Assembly (NCBI GenBank): GCA_963758295.1
Contig: CAVWUU010000004.1
Location: 1,280,001-1,344,000, forward strand
Direction of reading: 5' to 3'
Length of the DNA: 64,000 nucleotides
Origin: Candidatus Eremiobacteria bacterium
Lineage (GTDB): Bacteria; Vulcanimicrobiota; Vulcanimicrobiia; Vulcanimicrobiales; Vulcanimicrobiaceae
The position numbers and the translations under genes were made by a program. Shown here piece after piece: positions 37,661-50,181 of the stretch. Every line of letters begins with the position of its first letter. Position 1 is the stretch's first letter. Under the pieces are notes generated by a model. That model worked only from the letters and a program-made list of their open reading frames with translations, ran no database searches and was not told the DNA's origin.

Positions 37661-38480
37661 CTCGGCGGTGTGGCGGCGCGGAGCAAACCCAGCACGACCG
37701 GCACACTCACGGGATTGCTCAGCGGCCTGGTCGGCGCGTTGCAGCAACTGCTGGGCTCGCTGACCGGTGCGGCGGGCGGCAGCGGACTCGGCGCGGGCGG
37801 CTTCGGCGGCCTCGGCGGCTACGGTTCAGGCGGCTACGGGAACGGCTACGGGAACGGCTACGGGAACGGCTACGGGAACGGCTACGGAAATGGAGTCGGC
37901 GGCTGGGGCCCGACGCCGTGGGGGCCGCCGGCCGGGAGTCTCGCCGCAGCAGCAGGTCGGCGACATGAAGATCAGCTCCACCGGCGATCCGCACATCGCC
38001 GAGAACGGAACGGTCGTCGGACCGAACGGCACGACGACGCAGGTTTCCAAGAAGTACGACGACATGCACGCGCAGGGCGATCTGGTCGACTCGTCGTCGA
38101 TCGCCGGCGGCTACAGGGTTTCGACGACCGTCACGCAGCCGAACGCCGACGGCAAGGCGTACAACCAGTCGGCGACCGTCAGTCTGAACAACGGCCTCGA
38201 TTCGGTGACGATGCACCGTGACGGAACGTACAGCATCATCGACGGCGGCAACCCGGTGCAGCTCGCGAAGGGCAAGAGCACCACGCTCGCCGGCGGCGAA
38301 ACGGTGACGGCGAACGCCGACGGCTCTCTCCTCGTCTCCGCGACGAACGGCCAAGGCGGCTCGATCACGACGCAGCTGATCGGCACCGGCACCGAAGTGG
38401 GCGTCGCCACCCACGCGCACGACATCGGACTCGGCGGCGAAGTGATGCGCCACCACGTCGATCCGACCACCACGGCCTAA
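37661..38480 (+). CDS. 5'-truncated Gly-rich protein with a STGDPH beta-rich domain; frameshift near 37930
   Basis: GLLSGLVGALQQLLGSL, GYGN repeats, then MKISSTGDPH...HDIGLGGEV in another frame. Confidence 0.55.
37832..37891 (+). repeat. 12-bp tandem repeat GGCTACGGGAAC, 4 perfect copies plus 1 imperfect, encoding GYGN
   Basis: Read directly. Confidence 0.95.
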
Positions 38481-38517
38481 AACCGGCCTCATCGCAGAGG
38501 CGGACCGCTGAATCCTC

Positions 38518-39726
38518 TCAATGGGTGTGGGTGAAGTTGCCGAGCGCGATCCCGAGTTGCTCGATGCGGTGCAGCGCCTCACGCATCCCGAGCGGATCGG
38601 CCGGCCGGCCGACCTGCGCGAAATAGCGCTCGGGATCGATGTTCAGCGTCCGCGTCTGCACCATCGCGACGGGATGCGCGCGGAGGAACCATTCGAGTGC
38701 GTCGACTTCGGCGCGCTCGTCGGTGACGCCGGGATGCGTCAGGTAGTTCAACGAGACCCGCATCCCCGCGGCAGACGCTAGCGCGATCGACTCAAGGACG
38801 TCGTCGAGATCGTAGCCGGATGGGACGGTAGTACGCGGCGTACACGTCCGGCCGAAACGAGTTGAGACTGATCCGGACGGCTTGCAATCCGACATCGATC
38901 AGCCGCTTCAGGCTCTTCGGCAGCGAACCGTTCGTGTTCAGGTTGATCGTGCCGTTCGCGCGCGCGTCGCGGATTCGCGCGATCGCACGCTCGATCGTCG
39001 TGACGCGCAGCAGCGGCTCGCCTTCGCAGCCCTGACCGAACGAGACGATCCCGTCGGGGACGCGCTCGAGATGCCGGACGGCGATCCGGACGACGTCTTC
39101 GACGTCGGCCTCGAACGCGACGCGCGTCTGCGGCGAGGGCATCCCCGCATCGGCCGCGAGCTCGGAGATGCAGCCCACGCACGCAGCATTGCACTTCGGT
39201 GACACGGGAAGCGCCGCTTCGCCGCGTTCGAGAAAGACGTTCTGCGCCGTGAAGCAGCCGTAGTCGCGCGAGCAGACCGCGAGCTGCGCGAGCGTGCGGT
39301 TCCGCGGATCCTCCGCTTGGCGCGCGCGCAGCAGCGCGTCGAGCTCTCCCTCGCCGAAGTAGCGCGGCGTCCAGTCCTCGCTCTCGTCCGTGCGCATGGC
39401 GGCGACGTGCAGCGCGTCGTCGACGACGCACGCGAACGTGTACCCGAACAGCGGGAGCGGCGGAGCGCCGTCGGTGCGCCGATAGGCGGGAAGCAGGAGC
39501 CGCGTGTACCCCGCCGGGAGCAGCGCGGCGAGCGCGGTGCGCCGCGCGGCGATCCGTCCGCCCGCGAGCCGCGGCGCGCGGCCGGGCAGCATCGTCGTCA
39601 CCGTCCCCGTCGGAGCGGGGATCAGCTCCTCGGCGCGCGGCGCGCGCTCGATCCCTCCGTCGGCGAGCGGCGAGCGCGTCTCGTCGAAATAGATGCGGCC
39701 GCGCGCGTCCGTGTACGCGAGGCCGG

Positions 39727-39730
<4 letters not shown>
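38518..39730 (-). CDS. Uncharacterised radical SAM protein (frameshift near 38820)
   Basis: CNAACVGC (CxxxCxxC), SFGQGCEGEP, NTNGS, NYLTHPGVTD. Confidence 0.85.
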
Positions 39731-40496
<766 letters not shown>

Positions 40497-40500
<4 letters not shown>

Positions 40501-40755
40501 GGCGCCGCGGACCTCCGCTTCGTCGGGGACCAGCGAACCCGCGACCGCGCCTTGCGGTGAGATCGTCGACACGGCGTGCTTGTAGATGAGGTGCGCCTTC
40601 TTCTCGTACTCGAGGACGATCGTGAACGGATCGAATCCCTTCACCACCCCCCGCAGCTGAAACCCGTTGACGAGATAGATCGTGACCGGCACGGCCTGCC
40701 GCTTGACCTCGGCGAGATAGACGTCTTGGAGCGGCTGGGATCGCGGAGGCGCCAT
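40497..40755 (-). CDS. hfq: RNA chaperone Hfq (reads in frame into dapF as sequenced)
   Basis: LQDVYL...VTIYLVNGFQLRG..KGFD, LIYKHAVSTI. Confidence 0.93.
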
Positions 40756-40828
40756 GCGTGAAAGGTTAGGCCCGGCGCGCGGATATCCCGCCAGGGCGGT
40801 CCGGACGGCGCGCAAAAGAGCGAGCACG

Positions 40829-42419
40829 ATGAACACCACGTACGATGCGATCGTGATCGGCGGCGGACACAACGGCCTCGTCACGGCGTGTTACCTCGCC
40901 CGCGCGAAATGGAAGGTGCTGGTGCTGGAGCGCCGCTCCGTCGTCGGCGGCGCGTGCGTCACGGAAGAGACGTTTCCGGGCTTCAAAGTCTCGACGGCGG
41001 CGTACGTCAACAGCCTGTTCCGCCCCGAGATCGTGCGCGATCTGCGACTGCGCGACTACGGCTTCGAGCTCGTCGAGCGCAACCCGTCGTCGTTCTCGCC
41101 GTTCCGCCGACGGCCGGTACCTGATGCTCGGCGCCGACGAAGCCGCGAACCGCGCCGAGATCGCGAAGTTCAGCGCGCGCGACGCCGATCGCTATCCGCG
41201 CATACATCGCGATGCTCGAACGCGTCGCGACGGTGATCGAGCCGACGCTCGTGCAGATCCCGCCGAACGTCGTCAAGCCCGGGACTCGGCGATCTGCTCG
41301 CGATGGCGCAAGCTCGGGCTCGACGCGAAGAAGCTCGACGGCGCGCTCGGCGAAGCGCTCGAAGTGCTCACCGGCGCCGCGCGGCCGATCCTCGATCGCT
41401 GGTTCGAATCCGAGGAGCTCAAAGCGACGCTCGCGACGGACGCGATCATCGGCGCGTTCGCCGCGCCGTCGATGCCCGGCACCGCGTACGTGCTCTTCCA
41501 TCACGTCATGGGCGAGACGAACGGCGCGCGCGGCGTGTGGAGCTACGTCAAAGGCGGGATGGGCGGGCTCACGCAGGCGCTCGCGCGCGCGGCCGGCGAC
41601 CTCGGCGTCGAGATTCGCACCGAGGCCGAGGTGAGCCGCATCCTCGTCGAGGGCCGGCGCGCGGCCGGCGTCGTGCTGGCGAACGGCGACGAGCTGCGCG
41701 CGCGCACCGTCGCGAGCAACGTCGACTGCCGGCTGACGTTCGAGACGTTCCTCTCACCCGACGTGCTGCCGCCGGACTTCCTGGCGGAGATCGGCCGCAT
41801 CGACTACAGCAGCGCATCGGCGAAGATCAACGTCGCGCTCTCCGCGCTGCCGGACTTCGCCGCCTGCCCCGGTTCGGCGCCCGGACCGCAGCACCGCGGG
41901 ACGATCCATCTCTGCCCCGATCAGGATTTCATCGAGCGCGGCTACGACGATGCAAAGTACGGCCGCGCTTCGGCGGAACCGATCGTCGAATGCACGATCC
42001 CCTCATCGGTCGATCCGACGGTCGCGCCGCCCGGGATGCATCTGATGTCGATGTTCTGCCAGTACGCGCCGTACACGCTGAAGGACGGCGCATGGGACGA
42101 CGCCGCGAAGAATGCGTTCGCCGACCGCTGCTTCGCGATGGTCGAGCGGTACGCACCGGGCTTCACGGCATCGGTGGTCGACCGCCAGGTACTCACGCCG
42201 GTCGATCTGGAGCGCACGTTCAACTTGACCGGCGGCAACATCTTCCAAGGCGCGATGAGCCTGAACAAGCTCTTCATGTTCCGGCCGGCGCCCGGATACG
42301 CGAACTATCGCACGCCGGTCGAGCATCTCTACCTGTGCGGCGCGGCCGCGCATCCGGGCGGCGGCGTGATGGGCGCGGCCGGCTGGAATGCGGCGCGCGA
42401 GATGCTCAAGCACCGCTGA
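40829..42419 (+). CDS. Phytoene-dehydrogenase-like FAD-dependent oxidoreductase (frameshifted)
   Basis: IGGGHNGL, GGACVTEE, GGMGGLT, LYLCGAAAHPGGGVMGAAG. Confidence 0.85.
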
Positions 42420-42483
42420 CCCCTCCTCCGCACGCTGACAACTTACCGCGCAGCGCTGACCACCTCGCTTTCGGAGCACCGTT

Positions 42484-43595
42484 ATGGCCACGTTCGTCCC
42501 ACCGCAGATCGCCGCCGGCGCGAAGACGATGGACGCGCGCTGGTACGTTTCGCCGGACGTGTTCGCGGCCGAGCGCGAGCGCGATCTTCGCGCGCTCGTG
42601 GATCGCCGTCGCGCGCGAGGAGGACGTGCCGCATCCCGGCGACTACGCCGTCGTCGACGTCGCCGGCGAAAGCCTCATCCTCGTGCGCGACGCGGCCGGC
42701 GTGCTGCGCGCGCACTACAACGTCTGCCGCCACCGCGGGACGCGGCTCTGCGAGAACGGCGCGGGAACGCTCAGCTCGATCCAGTGCCCGTATCACGCCT
42801 GGACGTACGGGCTCGACGGCACGCTGCTGGCGGCGCGCAACATGGCCGGACGTCCCGGGCTTTGCACGCGCCGACTATCCGCTGCGCTCGGCAGCGACCG
42901 CGCTGTTCGAGGGGTTCGTCTTCGTCAACCTCGCCGACGAGGCGGAGCCGTTCGCGATCGCGTTCGCGCCGCTGCTCGGGCGCTTCGCGCGCTGGCGGAT
43001 CGGCACGCTGCGCGTCGCGCGCACGATCGACTACGAGCTCGCCTGCAACTGGAAGCTCGTCTTTCAGAACTACTCCGAGTGCTATCATTGCCCGCTACTG
43101 CACCCACAGCTCGACCGGCTCTCGCCCTCCGACAGCGGACGCAACGATCTCACCGAAGGACCGTTCCTCGGCGGCTACTCGGAGATGCGTCATCCGGGCG
43201 GCAGCTTGACGACGAGCGGCTCGACGACGCGTCCGTCCGTCGGCGGCGTCGACGGCGCGGATATCTCACGCGTCTACTACTATACGATCTTCCCGTCGAT
43301 GCTGCTGAGCCTGCATCCCGACTACGTGATGGTGCACTTCGTCCGGCCGGTTGACGCGGGGCACACATGGATCGGCTGCATGTGGCTCTTCGATGCGGAG
43401 ACGATGGCGCGACCGGATTTCGATCCGAGCGACGCGGTGAACTTCTGGGACCTGACGAATCGCCAGGACTGGCACATCAACGAACGCTCGCAGCTCGGCA
43501 TCGCTTCCCGCGCGTACACGCCCGGTCCGTACGCGAATGCCGAAGGACTCCTCGCGGCGTTCGACCGCCACTACCTCGCCGCGATGTCCGGCTGA
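42484..43595 (+). CDS. Rieske oxygenase alpha subunit, GbcA/choline monooxygenase-like (frameshifted)
   Basis: NVCRHRG, CPYHAWTY, NWKL..QNYSECYHC...H, LSLHPDYV, FWDLTNRQD. Confidence 0.85.
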
Positions 43596-43608
43596 CTGCG
43601 AGTACCAA

Positions 43609-44160
43609 ATGAAGCACCGCCACGACGAGGGGTCGAGCGGGTGGATGAAGGTCCGCTTCGATCTCGACAAGGACCGCACGTCTGACGATTGGCCGCCGGT
43701 CAACGTGGAAGGCATCTGGGTGACGACTGAGTCCGACGGTACGTTTCGGCTCGACAACATCCCGTGGTACGCGCGAGGCGTGAGCTGCAACGATGTGGTA
43801 TCGGCCTTTCGGGGCGCCGACGACGCGCTTTGGTTCGAGCGCGTGCTCCGGCGTGGCGGGCATTCCACCTATCGCGTCCGCGCCGCGCCCGAGGTCCGTG
43901 AGGCGGATCGCCCCTTCGCCCGCGATATTCTCACGACGCTTTGGGACTTCGGCTGCACAGCCGAACACGACGACGACGGAACGTTGGCGCTGGACGTTCC
44001 GCCGGGCGTGCCGGTCGCTGCCGTGTATGACCTGCTGCAGCTCGGCGAGGACGAAGGTATCTGGGTCTTCGAAGAAGGCTACGCGTACCGCGAAGGCGAC
44101 GACCCGTCGCCACGCGAGAGCACCGGCCCGTCACCGAACGACAGCAGCGAGTCTTCCTAA
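43609..44160 (+). CDS. DUF4265 domain protein
   Basis: WPPVNVEGIW, LDNIPWYARGVS..DVV, GGHSTYRV, ALDVP. Confidence 0.75.
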   Translation: MKHRHDEGSSGWMKVRFDLDKDRTSDDWPPVNVEGIWVTTESDGTFRLDNIPWYARGVSCNDVVSAFRGADDALWFERVLRRGGHSTYRVRAAPEVREADRPFARDILTTLWDFGCTAEHDDDGTLALDVPPGVPVAAVYDLLQLGEDEGIWVFEEGYAYREGDDPSPRESTGPSPNDSSESS

Positions 44161-45139
44161 TCGTTCGTCGGCGATGTCCAGCCGAGGGACGTCGCCGCCG
44201 CGGAGAGGGATGCCGCCGCGTCGTCCGATGCCGCGATGCGCTCGAGGTCGGCTTCGGTTCGAAACCACGTCGCTTGGCGCTTCGCGTAGCGGCGTGTGTT
44301 GCGGATTAGGTGCGTCCTGGAGCTCCTGAAAGGTCGACCAGCCGTTGAGATAGGCCGACGCCTCGCGGTAACCGACGGCGTCGGCGGCGACGGCGTCGGC
44401 GCCGATGCGTTCCGCTTCATCGACGAATCCGGCCGCGAGCATCGCATCGACACGTGCGGCGACTCGACGCTCCAGGACGGCGACGGAGACATCCAACGCG
44501 ACCTTTCGATACGGGATGTTCCGCAGGCGGAGCGAGGCGCGCGAAGCGGGATCGCGGCGCGCGCCCGCCTTCCCGGCTAGCGCGGTTGCCGCGGGCCCTC
44601 GTCGCGTCCGTGTCGCGCGGCGCGCGGTCGCCCAGCGCGATCTCGAGCGCGCGCGTTACCCGGTACGGATCGTTCGGCGCGATCGCGCTTGCGCGCTGCG
44701 GGTCGAGCGCGCGCAGCCATCCGGCGAGCGCTTCGGGCGGGTGGATCCGCGCCTCACGCGCAAGGCGTTCGCGCAGCGCGTCGTCGCGCACCGGCGAGAG
44801 CCCGACGTCTCCGGCGAGCGCACGGATGTAGAATCCCGTTCCGCCGACGACGATCGCGCGTTTGGCGCGCGCGTGGATGTCGTCGATCGCGGCGAGGGCG
44901 TCGGCGACGAAGCGCGCCGCGGAGTAGCGCTCGTGCGGGTCGAGAAAGCCGATGAGATGGTGCCGCACGCGCGCGAGGTCGCCCTCGCTCGGCGCCGCGG
45001 TGCCGATCGGCATCCCGCGGTAGATCTGGCGCGAGTCCGCGCCGACGATCTCGGCGTCGAAGCGCTCCGCGAGCGCGAGCGCGAGCGCACTCTTTCCCGA
45101 CGCGGTCGGACCGGTGAGGATCAGGACGCCGGACGTCAC
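44157..45139 (-). CDS. miaA: tRNA dimethylallyltransferase (frameshifted)
   Basis: GPTASGKS, ADSRQIYRGMPIGTA, VGGTGFY, TRRYAKRQATWF. Confidence 0.92.
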
Positions 45140-46872
45140 ATCCGTTTGAAGAGGCGCGCGATGCGGTCGGGGTCGAGCCGGACGATCGTCGGGCGGCCGT
45201 GCGGGCAGTGCATCGGGTTCTCGCAACGCTGCAGGCGCTCGACGAGCGCCGTCATCTCGGGATATTCGAGGCGTTCGCCGGCGACCACGACCGAGTGGCA
45301 CGCGAGCGAGGCCCACACGCGCTGGTCGGCGTCGAGCCCGCGCACCTCGTCGCCGAGACATTCGACGAAGTCCGCGACGTCGAACGGTCGCGTGCGGCCG
45401 GCGTGCACCAGCCGTGCCGGCGTCGCCGTCACGCGATACGCACGCTCGCCGAAGTGCTCGACGTGCAGCCCGCTCGCCGCGAGCGCCTCGAGCGAGGCGT
45501 CGAGCCGCTCCGCCTCCTCGGGTCGGATCTCGAACGTGTACGGGATCAGCAGAGCCTCGGCGGTCGCCTGCGCGTGCGCGTTCGCCGCGAGCTGTTCGAA
45601 GACGATCCGTTCGTGCGCGGCGTGCTGATCGACGAGCACGACGGCCTCTCCGTCCGTTGCGAGGATGTACGTGCGGTCGATCTGCGCGAGCACCCGCAGC
45701 ACCGGCTTCGCCGGGGTCCCCGAACCGGCCGCACCACCGCCATCAGCGGCGTCGACGTCGGCGCTCTCCGCGCCGCCCGCGAGCCATGCACCACCGGACA
45801 CCAGCGTGTCGGTCCAGTCGATCGCGCTGGCGAGCGAGGTGGATTCGCGTATCGGCGGCGCGAACGAGATCGAGCGCTCGAGCCGTTCGATCGCACCGCG
45901 GCGCAGCGCCGAGGCGATCGCGTCCTTGACGACCCCGACGACCCGTTCGCCGTGCCGCAGCCGGACGTCGGTCTTCGTCGGATGGACGTTCGGGTCGACC
46001 TCGTTCGCCGGAACGGTCACGTAGAGCACGCCGTACGGATGTCGCCCGACCATCGCGAACGTCCGGTACGCGGCGTGCCACGCCGCGCTCACCAGCGTGC
46101 TGCGCAGCAGCCGGCCGTTCACGAACAGGACTTGATTCCGCCGGTCCGGGCGGTCGTCGCCGGGTGAAGAGACCCAGCCGCGAACCCCGGCGTAGCGCTC
46201 CTCGCCGTGCACCGGAACCATCGCCGTCGACGATGCGCCGAAGATGTGGCGCAGCCTCGGCGCGAGATCGTCGCCCGGCGGAAACGCGAACGCGCTCTTC
46301 CCGTCGTGCTCCAGCGTGAAGCCGACCTGCGGGTAGGCGAGCGCGAGCGTCGCGAGCCACGTCGCGATGCGCCCGAACTCCGCGGAGGGCGAACGTAGGT
46401 ATTCGCGGCGGACCGGGACGTTGCCGAACAGATCGCGCACGACGACGCGCGTCCCCGGCGGTCCCGCGACCGGCCGCGGCTCGCCGATCGTCTCGCCGCG
46501 CGCAACGATCGCCGTCGCGATCTCGGCGTGCGCGGTTCGCGAGACGATCGTCACGTCGGCCACCGCTGCGATCGAGGCGAGACCTTCGCCGCGGAAGCCG
46601 AGCGTGTCGACTCGCGTGAGCCCCGAGGCGTCGGCGAGCTTCGAGGTCGCGTGACGCGTTACGGCGAGCGAGAGGTCCTCCGGCACGATGCCGATGCCGT
46701 CGTCGGCCACCTCGATCTCCGCGAGCCCGCCGCCGCGCACGCGCACCGCGATCCGCATCGCGTCGGCGTCGAGCGCGTTCTCGACGAGCTCCTTCACCAC
46801 CGAAAGAGGACGCTCGATCACTTCGCCGGCGGCGATCTGCCCGATCGTCGCGGAATCGAGCAGCCGGATCAC
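45136..46872 (-). CDS. mutL: DNA mismatch repair endonuclease MutL
   Basis: IAAGEVIERP.SVVKELVENALDA, GFRGEGL, DQHAAHER, CPHGRP. Confidence 0.96.
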   Translation of the reverse strand: MIRLLDSATIGQIAAGEVIERPLSVVKELVENALDADAMRIAVRVRGGGLAEIEVADDGIGIVPEDLSLAVTRHATSKLADASGLTRVDTLGFRGEGLASIAAVADVTIVSRTAHAEIATAIVARGETIGEPRPVAGPPGTRVVVRDLFGNVPVRREYLRSPSAEFGRIATWLATLALAYPQVGFTLEHDGKSAFAFPPGDDLAPRLRHIFGASSTAMVPVHGEERYAGVRGWVSSPGDDRPDRRNQVLFVNGRLLRSTLVSAAWHAAYRTFAMVGRHPYGVLYVTVPANEVDPNVHPTKTDVRLRHGERVVGVVKDAIASALRRGAIERLERSISFAPPIRESTSLASAIDWTDTLVSGGAWLAGGAESADVDAADGGGAAGSGTPAKPVLRVLAQIDRTYILATDGEAVVLVDQHAAHERIVFEQLAANAHAQATAEALLIPYTFEIRPEEAERLDASLEALAASGLHVEHFGERAYRVTATPARLVHAGRTRPFDVADFVECLGDEVRGLDADQRVWASLACHSVVVAGERLEYPEMTALVERLQRCENPMHCPHGRPTIVRLDPDRIARLFKRM

Positions 46873-47234
46873 GTCGCGATGAGCTCGAGCCGGTTCCCGA
46901 ACGGATCCGCGACGAACGCGCGACGGGTCTCCGGAAGGTCGTCGTCTTCGCGAACGTCGTAACCGGCATTGCGCAGCCGGGCGATCAGCCCCTCGTAGTC
47001 GGCACACCGCAGGGCAGGATGCGCCTTCGCCGACGCGCGGAACTCCGGTTCGACGCCGAGATGCAGCTGCAGCTCGCCGCTCGCGAACCACGCGCCGCCG
47101 CGCTTCGCGAGCGGCTGCGGCTTCGGCAGCTCGCGCATCCCGCACGTCTCGACGTAGAATGTGCGTGCCTCATCCTCGCGCCCGGGCGGCATCGCGAGCT
47201 GGACGTGGTCGAACGCGAGGAACGGACCGGCCAT
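46869..47234 (-). CDS. VOC/glyoxalase family protein
   Basis: DHVQLAMPPG.EDEAR.FY, KAHPA, DPFGNRLE. Confidence 0.9.
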   Translation of the reverse strand: MAGPFLAFDHVQLAMPPGREDEARTFYVETCGMRELPKPQPLAKRGGAWFASGELQLHLGVEPEFRASAKAHPALRCADYEGLIARLRNAGYDVREDDDLPETRRAFVADPFGNRLELIAT

Positions 47235-47288
47235 CGGTCGAGGCTTCGACGCCCTCGCCGTCGTTACCGTGCCGGTACGGGGCTTGGG

Positions 47289-47546
47289 CTACGTGCCCGC
47301 GGCAGCCACGAAATCGGCGACGGGCAGCGAGACGTTCGGGAATGCCTGGGGGCTGAGCCGATCGCCGAGCGCAACGCGCGTGATGTCGTCGTATCCGCCG
47401 GCGCGCGGCGCGCGGTGCACGACGACCGATGCGCTCGGAACCTCGACGACCCACAGCTCCCGAATCCCCGCCGAACCGTAGGCACGCGCCTTCGGTCCGA
47501 GATCGTAGGCGATCGACGAGTCGGCGACCTCGACGGCCGAAGTCAC
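47289..47546 (-). pseudogene. C-terminal half of a Uma2 family endonuclease
   Basis: VEVADSSIAYDLGPKARAYGSAGIRELWVV; N-terminal half not evident. Confidence 0.7.
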
Positions 47547-47586
47547 GGAGCTCGCCGCAGCGGTCGAGCGGCCCGCGCAAACGAAC

Positions 47587-50090
47587 TCAGCGCAGCTCGA
47601 AGAGAAGCGGCTGCTCGACGACCGCCGGCTTCGCCAACCGTCCGCGCAACGGCACCGCCGCTTCCAACGTAGGGCGGCCTTCGAGCACGGCCGCGACTTC
47701 GCGCGCGCGCTCCACGACGGCGGGCGGCAGCCCCGCCATCCGCGCGACTTCGATGCCGAACGAGCGCGACGACGAGCCGGCGAGGACGCGATGCGAGAAC
47801 ACCGGCGCGCCGCCGCGCGTGCTCTCGACCGCGGTGATGTGGAAATTCGCGACCATCGCCCAGCGGTCGCCGAGCGCGACGAGCTCGTGGAAGTGCGTCG
47901 CGAAGAGCGTGATCGGCGCGTGCGTCTCGCGCTCGAGCAGGTACTCGCAGATCGCCTGCGCGATCGCCAGCCCGTCGACCGTCCCCGTTCCGCGGCCGAT
48001 CTCGTCGATCAGCAGCAAGCTGCGGTCGGTCGCGCGGCGCAGGATGTTCGCCGCTTCGGCCATCTCGATGTAGAACGTCGACTGGCCCGAGGCGAGATCG
48101 TCGCCCGCGCCGATTCGGGTGAACACGCGGTCGACGATGCCGAGCTTCGCCGCGCGCGCCGGGACGAACGAGCCGATCTGCGCGAGGACGACGAGCAGCG
48201 CGGTCTGCCGCAAGAACGTCGACTTCCCGCCCATGTTCGGCCCGGTGAGCAGGATGAATCGCGAGCGGTCGGCGCCGACGCGCACATCGTTGGGGACGAA
48301 CGCGGAACCGAGCAGCACGTCCATCACCGGATGCCGGCCGTCGACGATCTCGATGCTGCTCTCGTCCACGAACGCCGGCCGCACGTAGCCGCGCTCGCCG
48401 GCGACCTGCGCGAGCGAGCAGTACGCGTCGAGCTCGGCGAGCGCGTCGGCCGTGGCGAGCAGCTCGTCGACGCGCGCCGCGACGCGCTCGACGAGCGCCT
48501 CGTACAGCGCTTGCTCGAGACGGAGCTGGCGCGACTCGGCGGAGCCGATCGCGACGTCGAGCTCGCGCAATTCCGGCGTCACGTAGCGCTCGCCGTTCGC
48601 CAGCGTCTGGCGGCGCGTGTAGTCGCCGGGGACGTGTGCGGTCTGCGCCTTCGGAACTTCGATCGCGTAGCCGAACGCTGAGGCGTACTTGACCTTCAGC
48701 GACTTGATCCCGCTGCGCTCGCGCTCGCGCTCTTCGAGCGCGGCGATGCGGGTGCGCGCGTCGGCGCGCAGCGCGACGCACTCGGCGAGCTCGGCGCTCG
48801 CGCCGGGCCGCACCACGCCGCCGTCGGCGAGCGTCGCCGGCAGCTCGTCGAGCAGCGTGCGCTCGAGATCGCGCGCGCATCTCGGTGAAGTCGGCGAGCG
48901 TCGCGGCGATGCGGTGCATCCCCGCCGGGAGCGCCGTTTCGCGCAGCGCGTCGGCGATCGGGTCCAGCAGCTTCAGGGTGCGGCGCAGCGACGCCGAGAT
49001 CGCGCGGCAGCGCGCGGCGGAAGCGCACTTTCTGCGCGATCCGTTCGAGATCGAAGCAGCCGTACAGCACGTCCTGCAGCGCGATCCGCCTCGTCGCATC
49101 TGCCACCAGCGCTCCGACGCAATCCGCGCGCGCGCCGATCGCGTCCGATGCTGATCAGCGGCGCCTGCAGCCAGCGTCCCAGCAGCCGGCAGCCCATCGC
49201 GGTGCGCGTGCGGTCGATCGTCGCCAGCAGCGTCGCCTTGCGGGTTGGCGCCGAGCGCCTTCGTCAGCTCGAGATGCTTGCGCGTGTTCGGGTCGAGCGC
49301 GAGAAACGTCGCCTGCCGGTAGTACTGCACCGCGCGCAGCGCGGGTCCGCCGGCTTGCTGCACGCTGACCCGGCGGACGAACGCGCCGAGCGCGTCGAGC
49401 GCGCGGTGCATCGCCAGCGACGCGTCGAGCGAGAAGCCGTCGATCGGCTCGCGCACGCGCTGGTCGACCGACGCCAGGACCGGAACGGCGATGCGCGTGC
49501 GCGCCGTTCTCGAGCGCGGCGTCGAGCGCCGGCCGGACGTCGGGCGCGACGTCGGCGACGAGCTCGGCCGGGTCGAGCCGGGCGATCTCGGCGAGCGCGT
49601 CCTCGAGCGCGCTCTCGCCTTCGAACGCCGTCGCGGAGATGTGGCCGGTGGAGATGTCGGCGTGCGCGAGCGCGATTACGTCGTCGAAGGCGGTGATCGC
49701 CGCCAGGTAGTTGTGCGCCGAGCGCTCGAGGATGTGCTCTTCGATCAGCGTCCCCGGCGTCACCACGCGCACGACGTCGCGGCGCACGAGCTTGTTCGGC
49801 ACCGGCGCTTCGAGCTGCTCGGCGAGCGCGACGACGCAGCGCTGGTGAACCAGCTTCGCGAGGTAGCCGTCGAGCGCGTGATACGGGACGCCCGCCATCG
49901 CGACGCGCCGCCCGCTGCCGGCTTCCTTCGAGGTCAGCGTGATCGAGAGCGCGCGCGCGATCGTCTCGGCATCGTCACCGTACGCCTCGTAGAAATCTCC
50001 GACGCGCGAAAGCAAGATCGCTTCGGGATAGCGATGCTTCATCCCGAAATACTGCTCGAGCATCGGCGACCACGTCGTGGTCGTCGTCAC
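47587..50090 (-). CDS. mutS: DNA mismatch repair protein MutS (several frameshifts)
   Basis: PMLEQYF, GDFYE, MAGVP, TGPNMGGKST, GQSTF, DEIGRGT, FATHFHEL. Confidence 0.95.
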
Positions 50091-50181
50091 TCGCGCCCTG
50101 ACCGCATCTGCCGCCGATTCCCGGCGCGCGGCGTTCGCTCCCTGTGGATGGCGATCGATCTCTGTGGATTCGGTGGAGAGA

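Noticed and set aside
37832..37891. Tandem repeat as a CRISPR array
   Set aside because: The unit is 12 bp with no spacers, it encodes GYGN in frame, and no cas genes are present
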